From a bacterium (GTDB lineage Bacteria; SAR324; NAC60-12), in the NCBI GenBank assembly GCA_965233585.1, contig CBDDTI010000747.1, positions 672,001 to 736,000 on the forward strand: 64,000 bases of DNA. Direction: 5' to 3'. Both the position numbers and the translations under genes were made by a program. Of this stretch, positions 17,471 to 27,397 are shown piece after piece (the stretch's first letter is position 1; the number at the start of each line of letters is the position of its first letter). The notes under the pieces are model-generated. The model ran no database searches. It was not told the origin of the DNA and saw only the letters and a list, made by a program, of their open reading frames with translations.

Positions 17471-18102
17471 GAAAGAATGTAGGAGAATCAACATGGATGG
17501 TCACTTATGCAGACATGGTCACCTTGCTGTTTATCTTCTTCATCTTGTTGACTGCCATCTCTGCACGTCCCAAAAACTGTAAAAATATCAGTGATTACAT
17601 GGCATCTAATCCACAGAATTTTGCCAACTACGAGCTTCGTGCTACCAAATTACAATGTATCATTTCTCTCCCTCAGGATTTTTTGTTTTCTTCAGGCGAG
17701 GCAAAGCTGAAAGAAGGGGCATTGCGTGAGTTATCCCCTTTTTTTCAAATGATCAAAAACCTTCCTGAACACCAAGAAGATTTAGTCGTGGTAGAAGGAC
17801 ACACTGACAATGTACCAATCCGCACCAAAGAGTTCCCAAGCAACTGGGAGTTAAGTTCGGCTCGTTCTCTTTCTGTGGCAAGGTTTCTGGTGGACCGTCT
17901 TGGATATGCCCAAGAGACAGTGTCAGTCAAAGCCTTTGCAGACACCCGCCCCAAAGTCCCCTATCAAGACCCCTACAATCGCCCACTCCAAGGAAATGAG
18001 CTTAAAAATGCAAGAAAAGCGAACAGACGCATTGAAGTCCTCATCATAGACCAACCCCGCTCCAGAGAAGATGCCAGCATCCTCTTTCAAACTGTCCAAT
18101 AA
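17467..18102 (+). CDS. motB: MotB/PomB-like stator B subunit (short), OmpA-like peptidoglycan-binding domain
   Basis: WMVTYADMVTLL with the conserved Asp, VEGHTDNVPI, SNWELSSAR and NRRIEV. Confidence 0.88.
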   Translation: MRKNVGESTWMVTYADMVTLLFIFFILLTAISARPKNCKNISDYMASNPQNFANYELRATKLQCIISLPQDFLFSSGEAKLKEGALRELSPFFQMIKNLPEHQEDLVVVEGHTDNVPIRTKEFPSNWELSSARSLSVARFLVDRLGYAQETVSVKAFADTRPKVPYQDPYNRPLQGNELKNARKANRRIEVLIIDQPRSREDASILFQTVQ

Positions 18103-18148
18103 GCCTACCTTTTAGTGAAGTCAAACAATGACTAGCACCTCAAACGTT

Positions 18149-20050
18149 CTATGGAAGGATTGGTAAGGATTCTGCCAAAGTAGATTTGAAAAAAATGACT
18201 TGCGGTGCAAACAACAGTGTTTGTTCTTGTTGCAAATAGGAGTCACTTTGAAAACTTGCAGAATTGAGAGAGTGCAGTTGTTTTAGATGAAAGAGTGCAT
18301 CATCATTTCGTTGTGTTTGGGCATAGATGAGGCTTAATCGTTGTAAAAAGATGTCATGTTGCAAAGTGGATTGTCGTCTTTGAAGGAAAGAGACAAGCAG
18401 TTGTTCTGCTTCTTGAAGCATTCCCATCTTGACGTAAAGCAGGCTTAAATCGTCAATCAAAGAGACTTGTTCAGGGAACAACTGATACCCTTGCTCGTAA
18501 ATCTTTTGTGCTTCTTTGTCTTGTTTAAGATATTGCAACGCCCGACCTGCTTGTAAATGCAACAAACCTGCTCCTTTTTTTGCGTTGAGAAAGGGCTGCA
18601 AATAAGTCAAAGTGTTGTCATAGCGTCCCATTTGATTGAGAATGCTGGCGTGAAGATAAGCAATGTCTTCACTGGATTGTTTTGACAAATTTTGGGTCAT
18701 AGCAAAGGCTTGCTGATAACGTTTTTGAAAGTAAAGCAGTCTTGCCAAAGTAAATCTGACTTTGGGAGTGTCTTGAAGTTCTTGCAGTTGCAAGGTCAAT
18801 TTTTCTGCAAGTTCATACTGACCACGCAAGATGTAAAGGTCTATTTGCAAATGCAATAATTGTGGGTCAAGTGAAGATTCTGCTTGCATTTCATTGAGTG
18901 CATTTTCCACACGGTTCCAGTTTTGGGTTTGCATGTCTCTTTGAATTTTAAGCATCTGATAACGTTGGTTGCTAAAATCCAACTCCAATGCTCTAGCAAG
19001 CTCATTGTCTCCTTGTAAAGTGTTGCCTTCCTTGAACAAAACCAGTGCCAGTAAATATCTTGCTTCTGCCTGCATTTCATCTATTTCCACAGAACGTCTC
19101 AACCAGATTTTTGCCTCTTCAAATTGGTCTTGATACAGAAAGACTGATGCCAATAACACCATGCTTTTTGCATCAAGTGGAACGTCTTCTAAAAGATTTT
19201 GCAAAGTTTGTTGTGCAAGAAGCCACTTCTTTTGTTTGATGGCAATGCGGGCAAGAATTTGTCTTTCTAAGACACTATAAGGTTCTTGGGTTTGTGCAAG
19301 AATCGCTTTGTCGTTTCCTTGTAAAAAGAGAATTTTCAGTAAATATTCCTTCGCTTTGGCAAGGGTTGGTTCGTCTGCCAATAATTGTTGAACTAAGACT
19401 TTGGCATGGTAATAATTCCCTTGTAGCATCTGAATTTGCACCTCTAAAAGCCGATATTCTGGATTGCTTGGTTCAAAGAGTAGGACATTTTTCAAATGAT
19501 TTTCTGCCACTTCAAAGTCACGTTGTTTGATGTTGAGTCTTGTCAGATAGGCTTGAATTTCTAAGGTAGGTCCTGAACGTTGCAATGCCACTTCCAATGC
19601 GCCAATAGCACGTTCGTTGTCTCCAATCCTCTCATAAGTCATTGCCAGTTTGAGGTAGGCAGAGATGAGGTCACGGTCTAACTTAATGGCTGTGTTCAGG
19701 GAGTCAATAGCACGGCTATACTTCTTATTTTGATACGCAATGCTTCCTAATAGCTCAAAGTAAATTCCAACGATGGGAGAAAGGCTTAACGCTCTTTGAA
19801 TGTTCAGTTCCGCTTGTTCTAAATTTTGTTGTTCAAAATAAGCCAACGCTAGCTGATAGTATGCAACGGCGTCATTCTTGTTATTCTGAATGCGGGTTTG
19901 TTGTTCAGTAATAAACTGTTCTTTCTGTAATGCGTCCATTCTCTCAAACTGTTCAAGCGTCGTTGGAGAGGTGCAAGCAAGGCTTAAGAAGCACAAAAGA
20001 CTAAGGACGTGTGATGGTATAGGTTTGAGAAGGCGAGCTTTCATTGCCAT
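18149..20050 (-). CDS. TPR-repeat lipoprotein
   Basis: Lipobox SLAC and many TPR-like helical repeats (AYYQLALAYF, AYLKLAMTYERIG). Confidence 0.8.
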   Translation of the reverse strand: MAMKARLLKPIPSHVLSLLCFLSLACTSPTTLEQFERMDALQKEQFITEQQTRIQNNKNDAVAYYQLALAYFEQQNLEQAELNIQRALSLSPIVGIYFELLGSIAYQNKKYSRAIDSLNTAIKLDRDLISAYLKLAMTYERIGDNERAIGALEVALQRSGPTLEIQAYLTRLNIKQRDFEVAENHLKNVLLFEPSNPEYRLLEVQIQMLQGNYYHAKVLVQQLLADEPTLAKAKEYLLKILFLQGNDKAILAQTQEPYSVLERQILARIAIKQKKWLLAQQTLQNLLEDVPLDAKSMVLLASVFLYQDQFEEAKIWLRRSVEIDEMQAEARYLLALVLFKEGNTLQGDNELARALELDFSNQRYQMLKIQRDMQTQNWNRVENALNEMQAESSLDPQLLHLQIDLYILRGQYELAEKLTLQLQELQDTPKVRFTLARLLYFQKRYQQAFAMTQNLSKQSSEDIAYLHASILNQMGRYDNTLTYLQPFLNAKKGAGLLHLQAGRALQYLKQDKEAQKIYEQGYQLFPEQVSLIDDLSLLYVKMGMLQEAEQLLVSFLQRRQSTLQHDIFLQRLSLIYAQTQRNDDALFHLKQLHSLNSASFQSDSYLQQEQTLLFAPQVIFFKSTLAESLPILP

Positions 20051-20738
20051 AAGAATCTACTAATCTGAATTGATAAAGTGCTGTTTGCATGATTTCTTGG
20101 TCTAGGAAAAATTCGTCAGAAATCGGTTGATTGTGAATGGGTTGTCGTGTCCACTTGTCAGAGGGGGCTTTGCGATAAATATTCATCTGATAATAAACAT
20201 TTTCTGGCTGGTCTGTGCCTAGTTTGAAAAGCATTTTTTCTAATGGAGCTTGCCATCTCATCAGCACAGCAGATGAGGAGTTTAGGACAAGTTTGACTTC
20301 AGGTAAGCTAGGAAATTCGCTAAAATGTTGCAAACGTGTCAGGACTGTGGCAAACGTCCTTGTTTTATTGATGTCTTGGTGTTTGAGTTCAAATAGATAA
20401 CTTGAAAGAGTCTTGGGAAGGTCAAGCATTAAGAACGCACGGGATTCTTCTATGATGAGATGATGGCTTGGTAATGGCACTTGTACACTTGAAATGAGGG
20501 TGGCATCGCATTTGATGCAGTATCTGGCAAATTCAAAAGTTTTGATGACAATGAAACCTTGTGTTGGGACGTCTTGTGAAAAATTCCAAGTTAATAGAAT
20601 TTTCTCCCCTTGCTGACGGGCTTGAAATTGTTCAATGGAGCTAGATTTTTCAGGAGGTGAAGGGGCTGTTTTATAACCGCATGCTAACAGAGTCAGTTGC
20701 ACGAAGCAAAGCCAAATGGCGATGTCTTGCCGTTTCAT
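20001..20738 (-). CDS. hypothetical lipoprotein with FN3-like beta domains
   Basis: Likely start MKRQDIAIW at 20738, overlapping the upstream stop. Lipobox LLACGYKTAPSPP and C-terminal VDSYGNESSPS. Confidence 0.65.
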   Translation of the reverse strand: MKRQDIAIWLCFVQLTLLACGYKTAPSPPEKSSSIEQFQARQQGEKILLTWNFSQDVPTQGFIVIKTFEFARYCIKCDATLISSVQVPLPSHHLIIEESRAFLMLDLPKTLSSYLFELKHQDINKTRTFATVLTRLQHFSEFPSLPEVKLVLNSSSAVLMRWQAPLEKMLFKLGTDQPENVYYQMNIYRKAPSDKWTRQPIHNQPISDEFFLDQEIMQTALYQFRLVDSYGNESSPSQTYTITRP

Positions 20739-21172
20739 CTGCTTATTTGTTGTTGGAAATTTCTCAAAATCCTCTGTATCTGCTTTAAATCTGTTTGTGT
20801 ATAGTGGCTTTGCAAGATGTCTATTTTTTGGTTCATAAAGCACCATTGCTTTTGTGCAGGCTCATTTATCATGGGAATTTGTAAACAATGAAGTTGCTGA
20901 GAGGCTGTGTTCCAATAAAAAGCGTAATCAGCATCTTGTTCTATTTGTAACCTTAAATTGCCCCCCCATTGTTCCAACTGATAGATTCCCTTATCAACCA
21001 AATGTCCTGCACCATACGAAACTGACCAATCTGCATTGGCAATTTTAAACTCATAACAGCCTGCGTTAAATTTGACAGAACAAAATAAAATCTTGGGTCT
21101 CACAGTTTGGAAACAAAATGGTTGTTGCGCTTGCCAGTTTTGTAAAGAACTCCTAAAAAACCATTCTTGCAT
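20735..21172 (-). CDS. hypothetical protein resembling a starch/carbohydrate-binding module
   Basis: GCYEFKIANADWSVSYG and GGNLRL resemble the small beta-sandwich modules of pullulanases/SusE-type proteins. Confidence 0.45.
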   Translation of the reverse strand: MQEWFFRSSLQNWQAQQPFCFQTVRPKILFCSVKFNAGCYEFKIANADWSVSYGAGHLVDKGIYQLEQWGGNLRLQIEQDADYAFYWNTASQQLHCLQIPMINEPAQKQWCFMNQKIDILQSHYTQTDLKQIQRILRNFQQQISR

Positions 21173-21236
21173 GAGGGACTTTCATCAAGGTTTTGAGCCG
21201 AAAATAATCGTTGCTTGTTGTGCTGAATCTTTGAAT

Positions 21237-22562
21237 CTACTGAACTAAAGATAGCGTCATCCAGATCTGGATTGTGTTTTTTTGTGAGTGGTCTTGACCT
21301 GTAAAATGAGGGAAGACCGCAACTATTTTGTCATCAAGGCAAAGACAAGGCAAATGGTCTCTTTGGGGCAAAGGGATTTTTTGCTCATATAAAAATTTGT
21401 TGAGCTTGAACAGCTTCTTTTTTTCTACAGAATAAAAGCTATCTCCATTTTTTCTAAAACGAAGCCTTAAAATAGAATTTTTTTGAACAGACAAAGCAAA
21501 TGCTTGTTGTGAATGACAATGATTAGCAATCTCAATCTTCCAACGTTCTGCAATGTCATTGTAGCAAACGAAGTCATGGAGTGTGATTTTTTGGGTGAGA
21601 TGAGGTGTTTGAATCCATGCAAAAGCCTCTTGCTTACAAAAAAAATATGATTTTGCCACCTCTTCTTTCATTTTCAAATGAGGATTAGCACATGCGTTCC
21701 TAAACTTTGCAATCTGCTGTGAACACAATATTAAACCATGTTTCTCAAATTCGTGATGTAAAATTGCCTCTTGCTGGAGAGTAGAAAGTTGTAGCAAGTT
21801 TGTAAGGTCTAGCAAACCATAGGCATCAAGGGCTGGTTTTTGTTGTAAAAATTGTTCCAAATCTTGTTGCAGTTGAGCTGATTGTTGATGAAGCCATTTG
21901 AGCCGTTGATTGAGTGTTCCATTGGCAAGTTCATTCATCAAAGGGAGCAATTCATGTCTCACACGATTTCTTAAATACTTTGGGGATTGATTAGACTCAT
22001 CTTCAACCCATGTTTGATGATGGTCTTTGAGATACTGGACGAGGTCAGATTTTGGAATGTTAAGTAACGGTCTGATGTATGGCAAAGTTTTCCATCGCAT
22101 ACCTTGTAAGTGGGATAAATGAACTCCTCTTAATAGTTTGAGTAAAATGGTTTCATTTTGGTCATCAAGATGATGTGCTAATACAATTTTAGACGAATTT
22201 CTTTGTGCAAATTCTTCTGATGTTTTTCTTCTCCATAGACGAAAATTTTCTTGAAGATTTTTAGAATTTTGAACTGTATTTTGTGCAGTTTCTAAATAAA
22301 ATTTAAGATTCATAGATTGACAAATTTTTCTAACAAATTGAGCATCAGTATTGGAATTTTGACGAAGTTGATGGTCAAAATGTAAGACAGAGATTTTCTC
22401 AAAATGACCTTGATAAATTTCACAAAGAAGGAACAATAATGCAACAGAATCTGAACCTCCACTCACCAAAATAAGAATGGGTTCATATTCAAAAAGCAGG
22501 TCATGTTTTTTGAAGTTTTCTAAAACTTTCTTTGCCAAAAAAGATAATACATTTTTTTTCAT
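21237..22562 (-). CDS. tilS: tRNA(Ile)-lysidine synthetase
   Basis: VSGGSDS PP-loop, HFDHQLR, AHHLDDQNET, IRPLL, EDESN and RNRVRHELLP motifs, plus a TilS C-terminal domain. Confidence 0.93.
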   Translation of the reverse strand: MKKNVLSFLAKKVLENFKKHDLLFEYEPILILVSGGSDSVALLFLLCEIYQGHFEKISVLHFDHQLRQNSNTDAQFVRKICQSMNLKFYLETAQNTVQNSKNLQENFRLWRRKTSEEFAQRNSSKIVLAHHLDDQNETILLKLLRGVHLSHLQGMRWKTLPYIRPLLNIPKSDLVQYLKDHHQTWVEDESNQSPKYLRNRVRHELLPLMNELANGTLNQRLKWLHQQSAQLQQDLEQFLQQKPALDAYGLLDLTNLLQLSTLQQEAILHHEFEKHGLILCSQQIAKFRNACANPHLKMKEEVAKSYFFCKQEAFAWIQTPHLTQKITLHDFVCYNDIAERWKIEIANHCHSQQAFALSVQKNSILRLRFRKNGDSFYSVEKKKLFKLNKFLYEQKIPLPQRDHLPCLCLDDKIVAVFPHFTGQDHSQKNTIQIWMTLSLVQ

Positions 22563-22883
22563 TATTTCAATCTTTTATTTGGTCAAAGATACTACAATTT
22601 GATTCCATAGGTTTTATAGTGTCAAGAATTTTTTAAATAAAATCCTTGACTTTCAAAGACTCATTATGTTTTAATGAATGACTTGGTTCATTTTTATTGA
22701 ATGAACTTAAAGAAAATTGCCCCTTTTTGTCTTCCTTTCATTCTGCTTTGAGAGTGTTTTGAAATCGTCTCTTGAGCAGTACTTTCTTAAGGCATTTAAC
22801 TGCAAGCGACTTTGTAGTGACTCTGCCTCATTTGACTAAAATAATCAATCAGGGTTTGCAATGTCAATCAAACATAAAGTCTT

Positions 22884-23936
22884 ATGGAGTATAAAGTTGA
22901 GTGCCGTTCTTTGTGGAAAATTTTTGGAGAACGTTCTGATGAGGTCTGGAAGATTTTGCAGAAAGATCAGTCTGCCATCTCCAAAGAAGAAGCATTGGAC
23001 AAGTATGGTGCAGTGATTGGTGTCTCAGACGTTTCCCTTCAGGTCAAGACAGGCGAGATTCTTTGTATCATGGGGCTTTCAGGGTCTGGCAAATCAACTC
23101 TTGTGCGTCACATCAACAGGCTGATTCAACCAACTTCAGGGGAGGTTTTGATAGACGGTGAGGACGTTGCTAAAGTCTCTGACAAGAGGTTGCGTCAGAT
23201 CCGTTCCCAAAAAATTGGCATGGTGTTCCAAAACATGGCATTGCTTCCTCATTTTTCTGTTTGGGAAAATGTTGCTCTTGGTTTGGAGTTGCAGAAAGTC
23301 AAGAAGAAAGAAAGGCGTCTTCGTGCAGAAGAAGCATTGGAGATGATGGAACTTTCGGGTTGGGAAGATGAAGAGACAGACACTCTTTCAGGAGGTATGC
23401 AACAACGTGTTGGTCTTGCCCGTGCGATTGCTTCTGATCCAGATATTTTGCTCATGGACGAACCCTTCAGTGCCTTAGACCCTCTCATTCGCTCTCAACT
23501 TCAAGAACAATTTCTCAGCCTTTCTTCTAAAATGGAAAAGACGACCATCTTCATCACGCACGATCTTGATGAGGCGTTTTTTCTGGGTGACAGAGTTGCC
23601 ATCATGCGAGATGGTCAAATTGTGCAGATTGGAGACTCAGAAGAAATTATCTCAAATCCTGCTGATGATTACGTCAGGGAGTTTGTTCAAAATGTCTCTC
23701 CTTTGCGATTTGTGGTCGCTGCTCAGATCATGAGCGGGTTAGAGGAATGGAAGCAAAAGAACCCTGCCACTGCACATCTCACCCAAACTTTTCCTAAAGC
23801 AACGCCCCAGACAATACTTGGTGAGTTAGTAGATTTGACAGTGGAAACAGGTCACCCAACCTTGATTGAAGATAATGCCCAAATCGTTGGCATTGTCTCC
23901 CCTAGAGATTTATTAAAAGGAATTGTCAGACCATAA
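22884..23936 (+). CDS. proV: glycine betaine/proline ABC transporter ATP-binding subunit
   Basis: GLSGSGKST, LSGGMQQRVGLARA and LLMDEPFSALDPLIR motifs. Confidence 0.92.
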   Translation: MEYKVECRSLWKIFGERSDEVWKILQKDQSAISKEEALDKYGAVIGVSDVSLQVKTGEILCIMGLSGSGKSTLVRHINRLIQPTSGEVLIDGEDVAKVSDKRLRQIRSQKIGMVFQNMALLPHFSVWENVALGLELQKVKKKERRLRAEEALEMMELSGWEDEETDTLSGGMQQRVGLARAIASDPDILLMDEPFSALDPLIRSQLQEQFLSLSSKMEKTTIFITHDLDEAFFLGDRVAIMRDGQIVQIGDSEEIISNPADDYVREFVQNVSPLRFVVAAQIMSGLEEWKQKNPATAHLTQTFPKATPQTILGELVDLTVETGHPTLIEDNAQIVGIVSPRDLLKGIVRP

Positions 23937-25135
23937 TGTCGTATTCTATTTTAGGAACTTTTTTGACATCGGGAATTTGGGCAGGCTGGAAGAGAAGTTG
24001 GGGATTTTTTTGGTTTGCATTCGCAGTAGATTGTATTTGTCTAGCCTACATTGCATCAACCTACATTGAAGGTCAGAGTTGGCAACATGCGACGTTGACT
24101 TTGTTGTTTTCTCGCTTGTTTCTGGCTGTCATTGTCAGTGACCAAGCTAGGGCATTGCTACGCAAGGTTGGTTGTCATATTCAATTTGCTAAAAAAGGCT
24201 CTTTTGTGAGTCTGGCTGCTGGAGTCCTCGTTAGCAGTGTTGGGTATTATCTCACCATCACACGTTTCTTGTTGGAAGACAAAGACTCCGTTTTACAAAA
24301 ATTCCCTAATAGCAGCGAACTTTTATTTGTGATTAGTAATTCCATTGACAATGGAATTGAGTGGTTGACTATCAATTTTGAAGGTTTTTTTGATTCTTTC
24401 ACTTTTGGTATGAATGCCATACTGCGAACGATTGAGTGGGTATTGGTCAATTCGCCTTGGCCAATCATTGCTGTCTTTCTACTTTGGGCAGCATGGAAGT
24501 CTGGCGGTAGTCGCTTCACTTTATTCGTTCTTTTTGCAATCACTTACATTGGTGTCTTTGGTTTTTGGGAAAAAACGATGAGTACCTTGTCACTGGTGAT
24601 TGTGTCAACGTTCCTTTGTGTTTTGTTGGGCTTGCCTCTTGGTATTTGCTCTGTCAAAAATCGCTATGTCTCACTGATTATGAAGCCGATTCTTGACATG
24701 ATGCAGACCATGCCAAGTTTTGTCTATCTCATTCCTGCAATCGCATTCTTTTCTATTGGAAAGACTCCAGCTGTCATTGCTACCGTGATTTTTGCTCTGC
24801 CCCCTTGCATTCGCTTAACTGCATTGGGAATTGAGCAAGTGCCTGAAGAGGTCAAGGAGGCAGTACTTGCTTATGGAGCGACTCCGTTACAACTTCTTTT
24901 GAAAGCTGAACTTCCGTTGGCAACTCCCTCCATTATGGCGGGGGTGAACCAGAGTATTATGATGTCGCTTTCAATGGTAGTGATTTCTGCACTGATTGGT
25001 GCAGGTGGCTTGGGTTATGATGTGTTGTTTTCTTTGCAACAGGTGGAGGCAGGCACAGGACTTTTAAGTGGCATGAGCATTGTTTTTTGTGCTGTGATTC
25101 TTGACCGCCTTGTGCAAGGAGTCCGTAAACACTAG
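23936..25135 (+). CDS. proW: glycine betaine/proline ABC transporter permease with extra N-terminal TM region
   Basis: PILDMMQTMPSFVYLIP and ELPLATPSIMAGVNQ motifs. Confidence 0.9.
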   Translation: MSYSILGTFLTSGIWAGWKRSWGFFWFAFAVDCICLAYIASTYIEGQSWQHATLTLLFSRLFLAVIVSDQARALLRKVGCHIQFAKKGSFVSLAAGVLVSSVGYYLTITRFLLEDKDSVLQKFPNSSELLFVISNSIDNGIEWLTINFEGFFDSFTFGMNAILRTIEWVLVNSPWPIIAVFLLWAAWKSGGSRFTLFVLFAITYIGVFGFWEKTMSTLSLVIVSTFLCVLLGLPLGICSVKNRYVSLIMKPILDMMQTMPSFVYLIPAIAFFSIGKTPAVIATVIFALPPCIRLTALGIEQVPEEVKEAVLAYGATPLQLLLKAELPLATPSIMAGVNQSIMMSLSMVVISALIGAGGLGYDVLFSLQQVEAGTGLLSGMSIVFCAVILDRLVQGVRKH

Positions 25136-25202
25136 CCTTTTTTGTGCCAAGTGGATTAGGTAGAAACCTACTTGGTGTTTAACTTTTTACTATTTTGAAA
25201 TT

Positions 25203-26174
25203 ATGAAATACATAAAATCTACTTTCTTTCATCTTGCTAGTTCTCTGATTGTTTTGGCTAGCATGGGGTTTTCTTCTGCTTTCGCAAAAGAAACTGTTGT
25301 CATTGGGCAACTCAACTGGACGGCATCTCTTGCAATCCAAGACGTGTTGAAACAAATTTTGGAAAAGCAATTTGATGTCAATGTGAAATATATGGCATTA
25401 GACCCTTCCGTCCTATACAAAGCGATGGACGAAGGCAGTGTGGACATTCACCCTGACCTATGGTTGCCAAATAATCAAAACCTTTATGACACTTATGCTA
25501 AAAGAGGCACAATCATACTCGGCAAACAGCACTACGTTGGTAAAAATGCGTTTTTTATTCCCGGTTACATTCAGGATAAACATAAAATCTATTCCGTCAA
25601 AGATCTGAAGGACAAAGAGACTTCCAGATTGTTTGATGTTGATGGAGATGGCAAAGGTGATTACTGGGCAGGTGCGCCTGGGTGGAACATCACCGCAGAA
25701 AATCAAGTTCGTTGGAAGGACTACGGCTTGAGTGACCATTATCAAGTCGTATCTGTTTCTGATGCGGCAATTAAAGGGCTACTCAAATCGCGTTACAAGC
25801 GAAAAAAAGGAATCATCTTTTACTACTGGAGTCCGGAGTGGTTACATGCCAAGTATGATTTAAGACAACTGGAAGAGCCTGCATATTATGAGGGATGTAG
25901 CCAAATGAAAGACCCTAAGAAGGACCCAAATTGGTTGAAAAATAGCTCAATTAACTGTGCCGCTCAAGATGCTAAGGTTTATATTGCCTATTCCAGCCAT
26001 CTTCAAAAAAGACTACCTGACGTTGTCAAGTTCATTAACAATGTCAAATTAAAGCCAGAAATGATCAATGAGTGGGTTCTTAAGGTTGATTTTGAAAGAC
26101 GATCTGTACAATCCGTTGTTGAGCAATGGATTCAGGATAACCAAAGTACTGTCAATCAGTGGTTAGAAAACTGA
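25203..26174 (+). CDS. proX: glycine betaine ABC transporter substrate-binding protein
   Basis: Signal peptide and DIHPDLWLPN, LFDVDGDGKG, GAPGW and FYYWSPEW motifs. Sits in the proVW operon. Confidence 0.85.
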   Translation: MKYIKSTFFHLASSLIVLASMGFSSAFAKETVVIGQLNWTASLAIQDVLKQILEKQFDVNVKYMALDPSVLYKAMDEGSVDIHPDLWLPNNQNLYDTYAKRGTIILGKQHYVGKNAFFIPGYIQDKHKIYSVKDLKDKETSRLFDVDGDGKGDYWAGAPGWNITAENQVRWKDYGLSDHYQVVSVSDAAIKGLLKSRYKRKKGIIFYYWSPEWLHAKYDLRQLEEPAYYEGCSQMKDPKKDPNWLKNSSINCAAQDAKVYIAYSSHLQKRLPDVVKFINNVKLKPEMINEWVLKVDFERRSVQSVVEQWIQDNQSTVNQWLEN

Positions 26175-26236
26175 TCTTGTAAGTTCTGAAGTGCCATTTG
26201 TGCTTCAGAACTTGTCTTGTCAAACTTCCTTTTTCA

Positions 26237-26710
26237 TCAATCCACAGTAAGAGAGTCCCAGTAATTTTCGTGAGTTTTCCAAAACTTGCCAATAGTCGTC
26301 TGCACTTTTTTTGTTGCACGAAGGAGCGACTTGGCAAAGTCTGGCGTAAAGGTGGGTAATGTCTTTTTGATTCCAAAAGCATCACGTTCAATGCACTCAT
26401 CAAGAAGATAACAAACCGCTCGTAGCTCTTCTAATGTGGACGGCTTGCCTGATTGTTCAAGTAACTTGGTTTCGTATTCAATGCAAGCGTTCAACAATTC
26501 AACAGCTGAGAATGTAGGGAGCTGAAAACCTCCGCTGGCTTCTAAAATGGAAGCTAAAGCATTTACTGCTGATTGAGAACTCAACATGGCGCTTTTGGCA
26601 ATTTGAGATTTGACGCATTCTTTTGCCATTTTATAGTCTTCTTGCGATTGAAGCCACGATGTTTTGGCTCTTTGTAATGTTCGTTTAGAGATGCTTGAGA
26701 GGTTTGACAT
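26237..26710 (-). CDS. HEPN-like domain protein
   Basis: WLQSQEDYKMAK...AMLSSQSAVNALASIL helix pattern typical of HEPN N-termini. Confidence 0.5.
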   Translation of the reverse strand: MSNLSSISKRTLQRAKTSWLQSQEDYKMAKECVKSQIAKSAMLSSQSAVNALASILEASGGFQLPTFSAVELLNACIEYETKLLEQSGKPSTLEELRAVCYLLDECIERDAFGIKKTLPTFTPDFAKSLLRATKKVQTTIGKFWKTHENYWDSLTVD

Positions 26711-27372
26711 TATTGATGAGATAAATATTGAAAAATTTGGTCAGATTTGTCTTGAGTTAAGTAAACTTTGCCATTGATTTTGTGATTTGTCAAAATTTTC
26801 AAAGCCTCTTTGATTGTCAAAATAGAATACACAGGAGTTTGCGTCGCTTGCTCAAATGCAACACTAAACTGAATCCCTTCTGCATTAATTTCCATACGAT
26901 CTAATGCAACTAAAACACCAAGAATCTTTGCATTGAGTGTGCATTGAATCAGCTCAATCGTCTCCGTCTTCGTTGCCCCATTGGTCATCACATCATCAAC
27001 AATCACTAGCTTTTCTTCATTTTGAGGCGTGAATCCCACAAACAAACCTTGATCCCCATGAGGTTTGGCTTCTTTACGATTGAAACAGTATTTGACAGGT
27101 TCATGTTTGAGTGACTCTAATTGCATGGCTGTTGAAATGGCTAGAGGAATGCCTTTGTATGCAGGACCGAATATAAGCTCACAGTTAGGAAAGTATTCTG
27201 TCATGGCTTGGGCATAAAACATTCCAAGACGCTTTAAAAATGATGATTGATTGAAGCATGCCGAATTAAAGAAATACGGAGATTGCTTGCCACTTTTGAG
27301 CGTAAAATCCCCAAATTGCAATGCCTCTGCCTCTACTAGAAAATGGGCAAACTCTTGTTTGTATTGTTTCAT
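26710..27372 (-). CDS. pyrE: orotate phosphoribosyltransferase
   Basis: FGDFTLKSGKQSPYFFN, FGPAYKGIP, NRKEAKPHG and IVDDVMTNG motifs. Confidence 0.95.
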   Translation of the reverse strand: MKQYKQEFAHFLVEAEALQFGDFTLKSGKQSPYFFNSACFNQSSFLKRLGMFYAQAMTEYFPNCELIFGPAYKGIPLAISTAMQLESLKHEPVKYCFNRKEAKPHGDQGLFVGFTPQNEEKLVIVDDVMTNGATKTETIELIQCTLNAKILGVLVALDRMEINAEGIQFSVAFEQATQTPVYSILTIKEALKILTNHKINGKVYLTQDKSDQIFQYLSHQ

Positions 27373-27397
27373 AAGGATTTAAAAATTTTTCTGAAGC

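Noticed and set aside
16499..18102. Zorya (ZorAB) defence system or ExbBD/TolQR
   Set aside because: The A subunit has MotA/PomA TM motifs and no long ZorA tail, the B subunit has WxxTYAD plus an OmpA domain, there is no zorC/D/E or TonB/TolA, and a FliG-like gene is adjacent.
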